From: Candidatus Hodarchaeota archaeon
GTDB taxonomy: Archaea > Asgardarchaeota > Lokiarchaeia > Sigyniarchaeales > SOKP01
Assembly (NCBI GenBank): GCA_048886685.1
Contig: JBHLKM010000016.1
Span: forward strand, 45,082 to 109,081
Length of the DNA: 64,000 bases
Direction: 5' to 3'
Shown here piece by piece: positions 20,656-29,587 of the stretch (position 1 is its first letter; each line of letters starts with the position of its first letter). A program made the position numbers and the translations under genes. Under the pieces are notes generated by a model that worked only from the letters and a program-made list of their open reading frames with translations, was not told where the DNA came from and made no database searches.

Positions 20656-21640
20656 AAAAGTGGAGCCATTAACTCATATTGATCAATGTACAAACCATCC
20701 AGAATGGAATGAATCTTACTATTTTGTTTTTCATAGCAAAGAACATAATTTAGGAGGAATGACACGATTAGGATTTAAGCCCAATAAGCAAGAAGCAATG
20801 ACTTTTTTCTTCTTATTCTTACCTGATGGTTCAGCAGCAGGATATAATTTAGTTCAAAAAGTTAAGGACTATACAGATTCCCTTCAAGTTGGCGGGGTTG
20901 TTCATACTTGCAAAAATGGCTCACAATGGAACTACAGATTTCAAGGAAATATGATTGTTGTAGAGAATCCGGAGGATTTACCAAAAGTTCGAGAAAATCC
21001 TACATTGATTGCTAATACTGTAAAAGTAGAAATCGATATAGATTTTTATCCTTTTAGTACCGTTTATGAATATAGCGAAAATATGACTCCAGAATCATTA
21101 GAAATAGGTAAAAAAGCGGGAGATAAACACTGGGAGCAAATAGCTAATCTTTCTGGAAATATTCAGATCGATGATATAAATTACCCTATAGAAAATACTA
21201 TCGGACAAAGAGATCATACTTATGGTGTCAGAGATTGGACAGAAGTAGGTAATTGGTTATATTATGTAGTGTGGTTTGATAAAAATTTAGGAATAAATCC
21301 AGCAACTATAGTTACAGAAGATGGTCGTTTATCCACTGGAGGATTTTTGTTTAAAAATGGGGAAAATATACCGTTAAAAACAATAAAAATTGTTGATCAG
21401 AAATTTAGAGAAGATGGAATCTTTCCTGTTAGTTCAGAAATTGAAATTATTGATGTTTTAGGTGAAAACCATTTATTAAAAGCTTTTGTAGGACCAATTA
21501 TCCCAGTACCTTTTTTAGATAGTGAGGGAAACCAATCTATACTCGTTCAATCAATAGGTAATTTTGAATTGGATGGAAGAAAAGGTGGGTATGGAACGTT
21601 CGAAACCTTGAGAAAAGTGAAACGAAAAAAGATAGAATAA
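20642..21640 (+). CDS. Uncharacterised beta-rich protein (tocopherol cyclase/AttH-like)
   Basis: WNESYYF, HWEQ, GQRDHTYGVRDW motifs; overlaps the upstream gene. Confidence 0.65.
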   Translation: MREDKKVEPLTHIDQCTNHPEWNESYYFVFHSKEHNLGGMTRLGFKPNKQEAMTFFFLFLPDGSAAGYNLVQKVKDYTDSLQVGGVVHTCKNGSQWNYRFQGNMIVVENPEDLPKVRENPTLIANTVKVEIDIDFYPFSTVYEYSENMTPESLEIGKKAGDKHWEQIANLSGNIQIDDINYPIENTIGQRDHTYGVRDWTEVGNWLYYVVWFDKNLGINPATIVTEDGRLSTGGFLFKNGENIPLKTIKIVDQKFREDGIFPVSSEIEIIDVLGENHLLKAFVGPIIPVPFLDSEGNQSILVQSIGNFELDGRKGGYGTFETLRKVKRKKIE

Positions 21641-21692
21641 ATTCAAATTATTAAGATAACCGGAATAAAATAATAAAAAATATTAAAAAAAA

Positions 21693-22520
21693 TTATTTAA
21701 GGGAACACTTATATTGTAAAAGATTTAATTCTTTTCTTAGTTTCTGACCAATTTCTAGAGATTTTTTTCCTAACATCTTAATATCATCAATTGAAAATGT
21801 AGCCGCTCCGCTTTTTTGAATAGAGGTTATTTTTTTGTCAGTTACCGATATTGAGATTTTTCCCTCACAAATTAATTCTTCAGGTAAATTAGGATCTAAA
21901 AAGATAATTTCATCTATCTTTCCATAAGTTAAAACTAAGGGTAGTTCATTAACTAAATCGACACCTGTTAAATATTTTCCTGTCCATTCAAGGCCATTAT
22001 CTCCAATTATGCCCTCGGGAAGATGTGCTGAAAGTAATGTAGTTAAGGCACTTACTCCTCCAGCATCAATTAAATTTCCATCATGATTTATGACATACAT
22101 ATCAACAAATAAGATATAGACTGCTTCTTTTTCTTTAATACAGAGTTTTTGTGTTTGAATGCAATCAGCATGTCTGAGACCTCGATCAACAACTCTCGCA
22201 AGTTCTATAGATTGTTCATCTGGAGGTCCTCTTTCAAATAATGGAGATGCTAATGGAAGTAGTTCTGCCATTATAGTACAAACACCTTCATCTGGAATAT
22301 CTGGAAATGGTTCACCAATCTCATATTTTAAACCAGTAATAATCCTTGTATCACCTAATGATACATCAGCAGAACCTTCAGCTGAGGTAATTATATCGCT
22401 TTTAATTTTAAATTCGCGATGTTCCCATAATCCCCTCGCATCAATACGCTCTTCCTTCTTTAAATTTGCTTTAATATAACTTTTTTCTATCCGTGATACT
22501 ATTCGCTTAACATCCATCAT
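21693..22520 (-). CDS. rrp42: Exosome subunit Rrp42
   Basis: RIDARG, AEGSA, ELARVVDRGLR, DGNLIDA. Confidence 0.95.
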   Translation of the reverse strand: MMDVKRIVSRIEKSYIKANLKKEERIDARGLWEHREFKIKSDIITSAEGSADVSLGDTRIITGLKYEIGEPFPDIPDEGVCTIMAELLPLASPLFERGPPDEQSIELARVVDRGLRHADCIQTQKLCIKEKEAVYILFVDMYVINHDGNLIDAGGVSALTTLLSAHLPEGIIGDNGLEWTGKYLTGVDLVNELPLVLTYGKIDEIIFLDPNLPEELICEGKISISVTDKKITSIQKSGAATFSIDDIKMLGKKSLEIGQKLRKELNLLQYKCSLK

Positions 22521-22522
22521 CT

Positions 22523-23278
22523 TTACTTTTCACCCTCATTTTCTTTTAAGGTTAAATATTTACTTTTCAAGGAATCTAATTGGATTTGATATATTTTAGC
22601 TAAAGCATCTTTTGCTAGATCTAAGAATTCATTCATCTCATCTAAGTCCATATCTCCATCAAATTGTAATAATGAGATTTCTTCATTATACCATGTAATA
22701 GCGATCGGTAAGTCAGCCTCTCCCGCTTTATCTTCAATTCCAGAAAGATCTACTATTTTTTTACCATCTATTTTGCCAACTGCTACAGCCGAAACTAAAC
22801 TTCTCATAGGTATTCCTGCATCTGCTAAAGCTAATGCTGCTACAGTTGTACTGGCGCATCTAGTGCCTCCATCAGCATCCATTACGTCAATAAATACTTC
22901 AAAACTCGTACCCGGGTATAACTCAAGAAAAAGGGTTGGCTCTAAACAATCAGCCACAATCATAGAAATTTCTTTTTCTCTGCGACCGGGAGCAGGTCTC
23001 TTTCTATCAAAGACGGAAAATGTCGCCATTCTATAAAAAACTCTTAAAATTCCTCGATCTGGCTTAGCTAAATGGTGCGGGTGAACTTCTCTTGGTCCAT
23101 AAACGGCAGCAAAAATTTTATTATTTCCCCATTCCAGATATGCAGAGCCATCTGCACTTTTGATGACACCTACTTCCATTTTGATAGGTCTTAATTCCGT
23201 TACATCCCTACCATCAAGTCTTTTTCCATCTTTACGAAATAACTTCTCGGGATATTCATCCTTAATAATTAACGGCAT
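22523..23278 (-). CDS. rrp41: Exosome exonuclease Rrp41
   Basis: RLDGR, ADGSAY, YGPREVHP, ADGGTR. Confidence 0.96.
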   Translation of the reverse strand: MPLIIKDEYPEKLFRKDGKRLDGRDVTELRPIKMEVGVIKSADGSAYLEWGNNKIFAAVYGPREVHPHHLAKPDRGILRVFYRMATFSVFDRKRPAPGRREKEISMIVADCLEPTLFLELYPGTSFEVFIDVMDADGGTRCASTTVAALALADAGIPMRSLVSAVAVGKIDGKKIVDLSGIEDKAGEADLPIAITWYNEEISLLQFDGDMDLDEMNEFLDLAKDALAKIYQIQLDSLKSKYLTLKENEGEK

Positions 23279-24094
23279 TTATTCTATACCTCTTATTTTT
23301 TTCTCATTTGTAATAAATTCCTGTATTCGGTCAGTTAAACCCACTGTGTGTGCTTCTGTCGCAATTTTCTCTATCGATTCTACCAGTAATCTTTCATGAG
23401 CAATATCTTCACCTTTTAACCATATACGTCCATTTTGAGTAACAAAAATATTACTTTTTGTCAAATTTTTTAGCATTTTAATCATTGATCCATTACGACC
23501 AATAACCCGAGGAATTTTGGGAGGATCTATTGAAATTACGATACCATTGTTTTTCTTGCCCAAATATTTTCCAACAGTTGTTAATTCGGGCTTGTTTAAA
23601 CGATCAGCTGATAAAATTTTGACAATCAAGATATCTCCTATTTCATATTTTTCAGCCTCTTGTTCACCTCGTTGATAACTACCACCTCTCATTGATCTCA
23701 TTTTACCTCTTTTTATTGTGTTTTTTGGTTTAAGTGTGCCAAAATCCTTTGCATTAATATCACATTTATATTTCACAGGATTTTTATCAACAACAAGCGC
23801 TATAACTTTATCCCCAGGTCGAGGAGTATAAAATCCTCTAAGGGGAATCACATTTACATAATTTTTTCTTACTTGTTTTAACCCAATGTTTAAGGAAATT
23901 ATCTTAGTTCTGTCATTATTATAAATTGTGCCTCTACCTGGTAAAAAATTCTTAGTGTCTTCAATTAATACCTCTCCAGGCACCACAATATCTCTAGAAT
24001 CTTCATCGCTATCGTAGTCTTCGAAATCTTCATCCTCTTCGTTATTATTTTCTTCAGTTTCATCTATACCATCTTCATTTATTTCTTTCTCCAA
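23279..24094 (-). CDS. rrp4: Exosome RNA-binding subunit Rrp4 with acidic N-terminal extension
   Basis: IVVPGE, S1 domain, KH domain PRVIGRNGSM, QNGRIW. Confidence 0.93.
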   Translation of the reverse strand: MEKEINEDGIDETEENNNEEDEDFEDYDSDEDSRDIVVPGEVLIEDTKNFLPGRGTIYNNDRTKIISLNIGLKQVRKNYVNVIPLRGFYTPRPGDKVIALVVDKNPVKYKCDINAKDFGTLKPKNTIKRGKMRSMRGGSYQRGEQEAEKYEIGDILIVKILSADRLNKPELTTVGKYLGKKNNGIVISIDPPKIPRVIGRNGSMIKMLKNLTKSNIFVTQNGRIWLKGEDIAHERLLVESIEKIATEAHTVGLTDRIQEFITNEKKIRGIE

Positions 24095-24185
24095 AATAAC
24101 TCACACTCTTTTCTTAATTTATCAATTACTACCTAACCATTGCTAAAAAAATAACATAAACGAGAATTAATTAAAAACTTCTTGG

Positions 24186-24989
24186 TTAGGATTTTAAAAG
24201 TTTGGTTTGAACTCTCCCATGAGTAAGCTTGTTTAGTTTATCTATCAATTCCATTTGTAATCCTGCTGGCAAGCTAACAACAGAAACCCATGATCCATCG
24301 GATTGCCATTCTTCTTTTTTAATCTGTGCTAGTTGAGCCACAATATTATATCCTTTAGCAGTAAATGCTGAAGGAATTTTTATTGCTATCTCTACTTGTT
24401 CCATCCGAATAGGAATGATTGCTCGAATGCTCTTAACTACGTCTTCAACTTGTTCTTCAGCATTCCTCATTAAATCTATTTTTACTTTTGCTTCTTCAAT
24501 AGCTTTCTCTATTCTTTGATAAGGATGAGGTTTCTTATTCTGAGGATTAATCGCATTTTTACTAATAATTGTGATTATTTGTTTCAATTTTTTACTCTTT
24601 TCCTCTTCTCTTTGAGTTTTCGTCCAGTGTATTTCTCCATCAATTAGAATGTGTCCAGCTATTCTCATACCCTCTGTCGTATTAAAAACGGCTTCCATAT
24701 CTCCGTCTGTTGCCTTTTTACCTCTCCTTAAATCTTCAAAGACAGTAAAAGTTTCAAAAATTAGTTCTAAATCTATCTTATTATTATTCAGGATATCATC
24801 AATAGAAAGACGTGATTTTTCTGCTCCTGCTTTTAAACGTTTGTCGATTTCTTCCCGAATTAATTTCTTTGCTTCCCAAGCTTTCTCTGGATCCATTAGC
24901 ATCTCGAAACGTCTTCCAGATTTTTCAATTTTTCCAATAATATATCCGCCTAAATCAATTCTTGCTCTGTCAGTTGGTCGATCGATCAT
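24186..24989 (-). CDS. Ribosome maturation factor SBDS
   Basis: RFEM, INPQNKKPHP.QRIEKA, KKEEWQSDGSW. Confidence 0.93.
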   Translation of the reverse strand: MIDRPTDRARIDLGGYIIGKIEKSGRRFEMLMDPEKAWEAKKLIREEIDKRLKAGAEKSRLSIDDILNNNKIDLELIFETFTVFEDLRRGKKATDGDMEAVFNTTEGMRIAGHILIDGEIHWTKTQREEEKSKKLKQIITIISKNAINPQNKKPHPYQRIEKAIEEAKVKIDLMRNAEEQVEDVVKSIRAIIPIRMEQVEIAIKIPSAFTAKGYNIVAQLAQIKKEEWQSDGSWVSVVSLPAGLQMELIDKLNKLTHGRVQTKLLKS

Positions 24990-25108
24990 AATATAATTTC
25001 ACAACTGTGTAACTTGATTTTCCTTGATTTCTCTCTATTCCGTTCTTCTAACTTTGGATTACCTGATAAATATAATGGGCTGGAATCCTTGATTATGTAT
25101 ACAAGATT

Positions 25109-25831
25109 TTAGGAAGATTCTAGTTTATTTATTAATTCTTCCTTTTCTTCTACACTTAGAAGTTTGAACATTTTATCTTCTTTCAATATAAAAGCTATAT
25201 CACATGTATTTTTATTTAGATTATCACCCATTATTTCCTTCAGAGCTCTTAAGGGTAATAATTTTAATTCCTCATCACTCATATCTTCTTTATAATGTTC
25301 TTCAAGGTAAGCCCTTGCTTCTGTTGCACCCGATCCGATAGCGAATCCTTTATAGGCCCAAAATGCACCACTGGGATCGGTTAGAAATAAGGATGGACCA
25401 TTTGAGTCAATTCCAGCAACCAAAAGGGAAACACCGAAGGGACGTACTCCCGCATTCTGAGTGAATGCCTGTTTATATTCGCAAATATTTATTGTGCTAT
25501 CTTTTACTGAGATTTTCTCATCATAATTTAATAAATTGACCTGAGCCTGAATTCTTGCACGATCTATAAGCACTCGAGCATCACTGGTCAGTCCGGCTAT
25601 GGCGACCCCAATATGGTCGTCAATTTTAAATATTTTTTCTGAACCAATCGTTTCCTGGAGTTCAGAACTTTTCTTCTCAACAGCAAAAACTACTGATGCT
25701 TTATTCCTACATACAATGGCAGTTGTCCCACGACGTACTGCCTCTATAGCATATTCAACTTGAAATAGCCTTCCTTCGGGTGAAAATTGCGTAATAGCCA
25801 TATCATATCCGCGTCCTGCTTGCTGAAACAT
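25109..25831 (-). CDS. psmA: Proteasome alpha subunit
   Basis: YDMAITQFSPEGRLFQVEYA, RPFGVSLL, TDPSG. Confidence 0.97.
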   Translation of the reverse strand: MFQQAGRGYDMAITQFSPEGRLFQVEYAIEAVRRGTTAIVCRNKASVVFAVEKKSSELQETIGSEKIFKIDDHIGVAIAGLTSDARVLIDRARIQAQVNLLNYDEKISVKDSTINICEYKQAFTQNAGVRPFGVSLLVAGIDSNGPSLFLTDPSGAFWAYKGFAIGSGATEARAYLEEHYKEDMSDEELKLLPLRALKEIMGDNLNKNTCDIAFILKEDKMFKLLSVEEKEELINKLESS

Positions 25832-26088
25832 TTTTTACTAACCTCCTTAATTCGATTTTATATTTTTTTTAAAAACCTAAAGAATTTTACCAGAAAGGCA
25901 AACTCTCTTAAATTTTAAATTTTAATTAATTCTTTTTATTTATATTATTTTTTTGTTTTACTTAGTTAAAAAGTAGTAATAAATACTAAAATAAATATTT
26001 TGTTTAAATATTTTAAAAAAAGGGTAAAATTTGATTGAAAAAACAAGGTAGAGAAGGTTTGGATTATTTGTCTTAATCTTAACGGAAA

Positions 26089-26460
26089 TTATGACCATGC
26101 AACTTTATTAATGAAAATTGACCATTCTAGAATGATAAGGCCTTCATCTCTGGTGTGAGCAACTAAATAATCTCCTTCCTTTGTGATCGATCCAACGATA
26201 TTGCCCTTACCTCCACCAATATTTTTAGCAGCTAATTGGATATCATCATTTTTTAAAACAGCGAATCGATTGTTTTGAAACATGACGGCCGGTTCGTTTG
26301 TTTTCCAAGCAGTAAGAAGTGCCTTCCCTTCTTCATTAGATAATTGAAAATCTCCTGACTTGTAGACAACCTCTCCCTCACTGTTTAACAGAAATATTTC
26401 TTCTACTCCTTCTTGTTCTTCTAAAGCTTTGACTAACACTTGAAATCTTTGCTCTTCCAT
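26089..26460 (-). CDS. Profilin-like protein
   Basis: 123 aa; pattern of N-terminal helix, IFLLNSEGEVV, FQNNRFAVL, AKNIGGGKGNIVG and C-terminal helix resembles Asgard profilins (from memory, no search run). Confidence 0.65.
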   Translation of the reverse strand: MEEQRFQVLVKALEEQEGVEEIFLLNSEGEVVYKSGDFQLSNEEGKALLTAWKTNEPAVMFQNNRFAVLKNDDIQLAAKNIGGGKGNIVGSITKEGDYLVAHTRDEGLIILEWSIFINKVAWS

Positions 26461-26636
26461 ACTTTTTCATCTATCAAATTAATTCTGTTTTTTGTTACAT
26501 TGAAAAATAATAATTTAGTAATTTAAGTCTTTTTAGAACTAAAAAACCTATAGTTTGATGTGATAGGAAAAGTATTTTACCTTACAGAGATTAAAATATT
26601 TAAACTCCTTTAGTTTCTTGCTACTTTGTGTTCTCT

Positions 26637-27422
26637 ATGGTAAAAAATTTGGTTTTATTTGACAAAATCTATAATGTTTCTATGAAGAGAAAAAAGGAAG
26701 ATATATACCTGAGATATTTAAAGTATGTAAGAGAGCACGTTAAAGGATTCCCAAATACTACATTGAAAATAAAAAAATTAAGGGAATTTGATAAAAGATT
26801 CGAAATTAGTATAAGTGGTCCTGAAGAAGTTTTTGTGTTTAATCTCTTAAAAAATGAAATTGGGAGTATAACAGAGTTTAAGGATATCAAAGATGGCAAC
26901 ATTATTAAGGGTGTACTAACTGATGTAGGGAAAGTGGGTTTTGGTTTATTTATAGATTGCGGAGTTGTAAATCCTCAAGTTGATGTTTTAATAAATTTAC
27001 ATAAACTCAGGGAGCAGTTATGTAATAAACGTGAAAAATCTTTGACAGAAATTATTGAAGCCTATGATTTTATTGATCATTTCCCTTTAGAAGTTAAAAT
27101 CGTAAAAAAGAATAACGAAAACCATAGACTTCAGGGAGAAATTGCCCTGAATTCGCTAAACATCTTTGAAAAGATTATAAATGAGAATCTTGAGGCTATT
27201 TTTTTAAGTGGGGAAACTAAGGGTCAATTTAAAAAAGCTATCACACGAAAAGGCCATTTTAGGGATATCATTACCCTAAAGAGATTTGGTTTCTTAGAAA
27301 ATCTAGTCTTATTAAAAAAAGATTCCGATGCACCAGGGATCATCGCTCATATTGGAAAAGAACTTGAAAACTGTAAGTTTAGTGTCTTACAGCCGAAACG
27401 AATCAGAATGTTGTACAATTAA
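26637..27422 (+). CDS. DUF2110-like archaeal protein
   Basis: S1-like VGKVGFGLFID, DHFP, GHFRDI, DAPGIIAHIG. Confidence 0.7.
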   Translation: MVKNLVLFDKIYNVSMKRKKEDIYLRYLKYVREHVKGFPNTTLKIKKLREFDKRFEISISGPEEVFVFNLLKNEIGSITEFKDIKDGNIIKGVLTDVGKVGFGLFIDCGVVNPQVDVLINLHKLREQLCNKREKSLTEIIEAYDFIDHFPLEVKIVKKNNENHRLQGEIALNSLNIFEKIINENLEAIFLSGETKGQFKKAITRKGHFRDIITLKRFGFLENLVLLKKDSDAPGIIAHIGKELENCKFSVLQPKRIRMLYN

Positions 27423-27434
27423 TCTTAATAATAG

Positions 27435-27507
27435 TGGGCCAGGAGAGGATTGAACTCCCGACCTTCGCGGTGTAAACGCGACGTCATAACCACTAGACCA
27501 CTGGCCC
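27435..27507 (-). tRNA. tRNA-Val(TAC)
   Basis: Cloverleaf GGGCCAG/CTGGCCC; anticodon arm TCGCG-TTTACAC-CGCGA; GTTCAAT T-loop. Confidence 0.95.
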
Positions 27508-27522
27508 CAGATTTAATATAAG

Positions 27523-27605
27523 CGCAATCGGTGGGATTCGAACCCACGAATCCGTTGGACACTGGTTTAGCAGACCAGCGCTCTACCAGGCTAAGCGACG
27601 ATTGC
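27523..27605 (-). tRNA. tRNA-Ser(GCT)
   Basis: GCAATCG/CGATTGC acceptor stem; CTGGT-CTGCTAA-ACCAG; long variable arm. Confidence 0.95.
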
Positions 27606-27739
27606 TTGCTATATTTTAATAAAGGTATAATATATTACATTTTCAATATAACGATTCAAAATTTTAATATTTTATCATCTAACTAAATTGTTTGGAAAAA
27701 AAAAGAAAAATAAAAAGAAAAGATAATCTTCAATTTAAC

Positions 27740-28228
27740 TTATTCGGAGATTATCTCAAAAACCATTTTTTCGATGATAGGCTTTTTTGTATAGCGTTTA
27801 TCGTAATACCAACCAACTAGATGCGGTTTTTGCTCAGGAGTTTTGTTTGGTACTGGAGGGACAACAATAATCATAACACCATTTGAGAGATATTTTAAGA
27901 TCCGCTTATCTATAGTATGCAGCTTCTCGTTACCGCTAGGATGTGAATGCCATTGCCAAACTATATCAACTCCTAGCTCTTGCTTAAATTTCCGCATATT
28001 ATATATCTTGGATTTTTTATATCTCATCCAACTTCTCGGTTTTACATGAACTTTTGTTTTACGTAGGTCTGAATTCATAATAAACTGAGTGCAGATTCCA
28101 AAATTTTCTTTGCGATCAGCGAAAAGCCACCCATGACAAATTTGAGGATACTCCTCGGCAGCTTTTTGAGTTATCTCTTTAAATAAACTTTCTGGTATTA
28201 AGTAACGAAAATCTTTAGCCCCACTCAT
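27740..28228 (-). CDS. JAB/MPN domain protein
   Basis: WHSHP-x8-D zinc motif; upstream CHGWL. Confidence 0.75.
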   Translation of the reverse strand: MSGAKDFRYLIPESLFKEITQKAAEEYPQICHGWLFADRKENFGICTQFIMNSDLRKTKVHVKPRSWMRYKKSKIYNMRKFKQELGVDIVWQWHSHPSGNEKLHTIDKRILKYLSNGVMIIVVPPVPNKTPEQKPHLVGWYYDKRYTKKPIIEKMVFEIISE

Positions 28229-28377
28229 ATTTTACCATCACAATTAGACATCAATGTAGCATAAAATTTATATTTTTCTTTAAAGACAAGAGAGAACTAG
28301 GTATAGAACAATATAAAACAAAAAAAATTTATTATATTGAACATACTCTAATTTAATTACTAGATATCAAAAAATTA

Positions 28378-28479
28378 GCAGATGTAGCCTAGTTGGTAAG
28401 ACGCTGGCCTTGAGTAGAACTTACAATCAAGTGAGCCAGTGCGCGTGAGCGCTCGGGGGTTCGAGTCCCTCCATCTGCG
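28378..28479 (+). tRNA. tRNA-Ser(TGA) with 19-nt canonical 37/38 intron (28415..28433)
   Basis: GCAGATG/CATCTGC; BHB CTTG-AG^T ... CAAG-TG^A; long variable arm. Confidence 0.92.
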
Positions 28480-28501
28480 CTTTGTAAACTAGTTTTTGAA
28501 A

Positions 28502-28605
28502 GGGCTATTGGCGCAGGCAGGTAGCGCAGCAGGCTCTTAACCTGACGGTCGGGGGTTCGAATCACTCGTTTGGAAAAGACGAGTGCGAAATTCCCTCATA
28601 GCCCG
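28502..28605 (+). tRNA. tRNA-Lys(CTT) with 30-nt non-canonical T-loop (59/60) intron (28562..28591)
   Basis: GGGCTAT/ATAGCCC; CAGG-CTCTTAA-CCTG; BHB TTCG-AA^T-CACTCGT...ACGAGTG-CGAA-AT^T. Confidence 0.92.
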
Positions 28606-28722
28606 TTCTTTTTCTTTATTAATAGTAGACATTCCATAAAATCCTCTGGGTCTAAAGATTTATTGTTTACTCCAATCTTAATTACATTAAACATAATTCC
28701 TTTCTTTTTAGTTGAAATTCAT

Positions 28723-29556
28723 TTGAATAAAGAAGAAGCTAATAATAATAGGTCAAAATTAAGGATACATCCAAATCTTAGAGAAAATTTCTTTTATATT
28801 ATAGATTCAAAAGATAAGGCATATAGGCTAGGATTTTTATATGCAGATGGAGGAATAACTGTAGATAAACGAAATCTTGCTAGTTATAGGCTTAAAATTG
28901 AAATTAATAAGAAGGATGAATATCTAATTGATAGATTTTGTAACACTATAGGTTTTGAAAAAAAATATAAATCATATAGAAAAGATTCCAATACAGTCAG
29001 AATTCGTATAGGGAATAAAAAGTTAATCAATGATCTAGTGTCAAAGGGAGTTTACTTAAAAAAATCAAAAATTATTGAATTACCAGATTTGAATACTAGA
29101 GCCTTTTATTTAGCCTTCCTTTTAGGTTATTTTGATGGTGATGGTAAACAAGTAACCTCAAAAATTACATCTGGAAGTAGAAAATTCTTAGAACAAATTA
29201 AAAATTTTTTTAATTTACATACAAAAATTCATACAAAATCCGGTTATGGAAATGCATATGATTTGTATTTAGGGAGTAAACTATTCAATGAAATGATGGA
29301 TAATTATCAGTTTAGCTTACCAAGAAAGAGATTTAAGTTTCCTTCGAGAGAAGAAAGAATTAAGAAAATGAGAAAGAATGCATGGAAACATGGGAACAAT
29401 AGAAAATTGGTAATTAAAAAAGAAAAACTCGAAAAATTAGTTTGGGAAATATCTATATCCAAAATTGCAGAATTATATGATGTATCAGATACAACAATCA
29501 TAAATTACTGTAAAAGATGGAAGATTATTAAACCGCCTAGAGGATTTTGGATTTAA
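28723..29556 (+). CDS. Free-standing two-motif LAGLIDADG homing endonuclease-like protein with C-terminal HTH
   Basis: LGFLYADG and LLGYFDGDG motifs; ISKIAELYDVSDTTI HTH. The track start at 28570 lies inside the tRNA, so TTG at 28723 is preferred. Confidence 0.82.
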   Translation: MNKEEANNNRSKLRIHPNLRENFFYIIDSKDKAYRLGFLYADGGITVDKRNLASYRLKIEINKKDEYLIDRFCNTIGFEKKYKSYRKDSNTVRIRIGNKKLINDLVSKGVYLKKSKIIELPDLNTRAFYLAFLLGYFDGDGKQVTSKITSGSRKFLEQIKNFFNLHTKIHTKSGYGNAYDLYLGSKLFNEMMDNYQFSLPRKRFKFPSREERIKKMRKNAWKHGNNRKLVIKKEKLEKLVWEISISKIAELYDVSDTTIINYCKRWKIIKPPRGFWI

Positions 29557-29587
29557 TATAATTAAATGTTTTTTAATTTTTCTCAAA

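Noticed and set aside
24990-25108. psmA-SBDS spacer with repeated AATCAAG (minus strand) and a GGATT/AATCC pairing
   Set aside because: Too short and weak to call a structured RNA.
28570-28722. N-terminal 51 codons of the LAGLIDADG ORF starting inside the tRNA-Lys intron
   Set aside because: It overlaps the tRNA and its T-rich terminator, so it is likely a chance open frame. The endonuclease is not intron-encoded.
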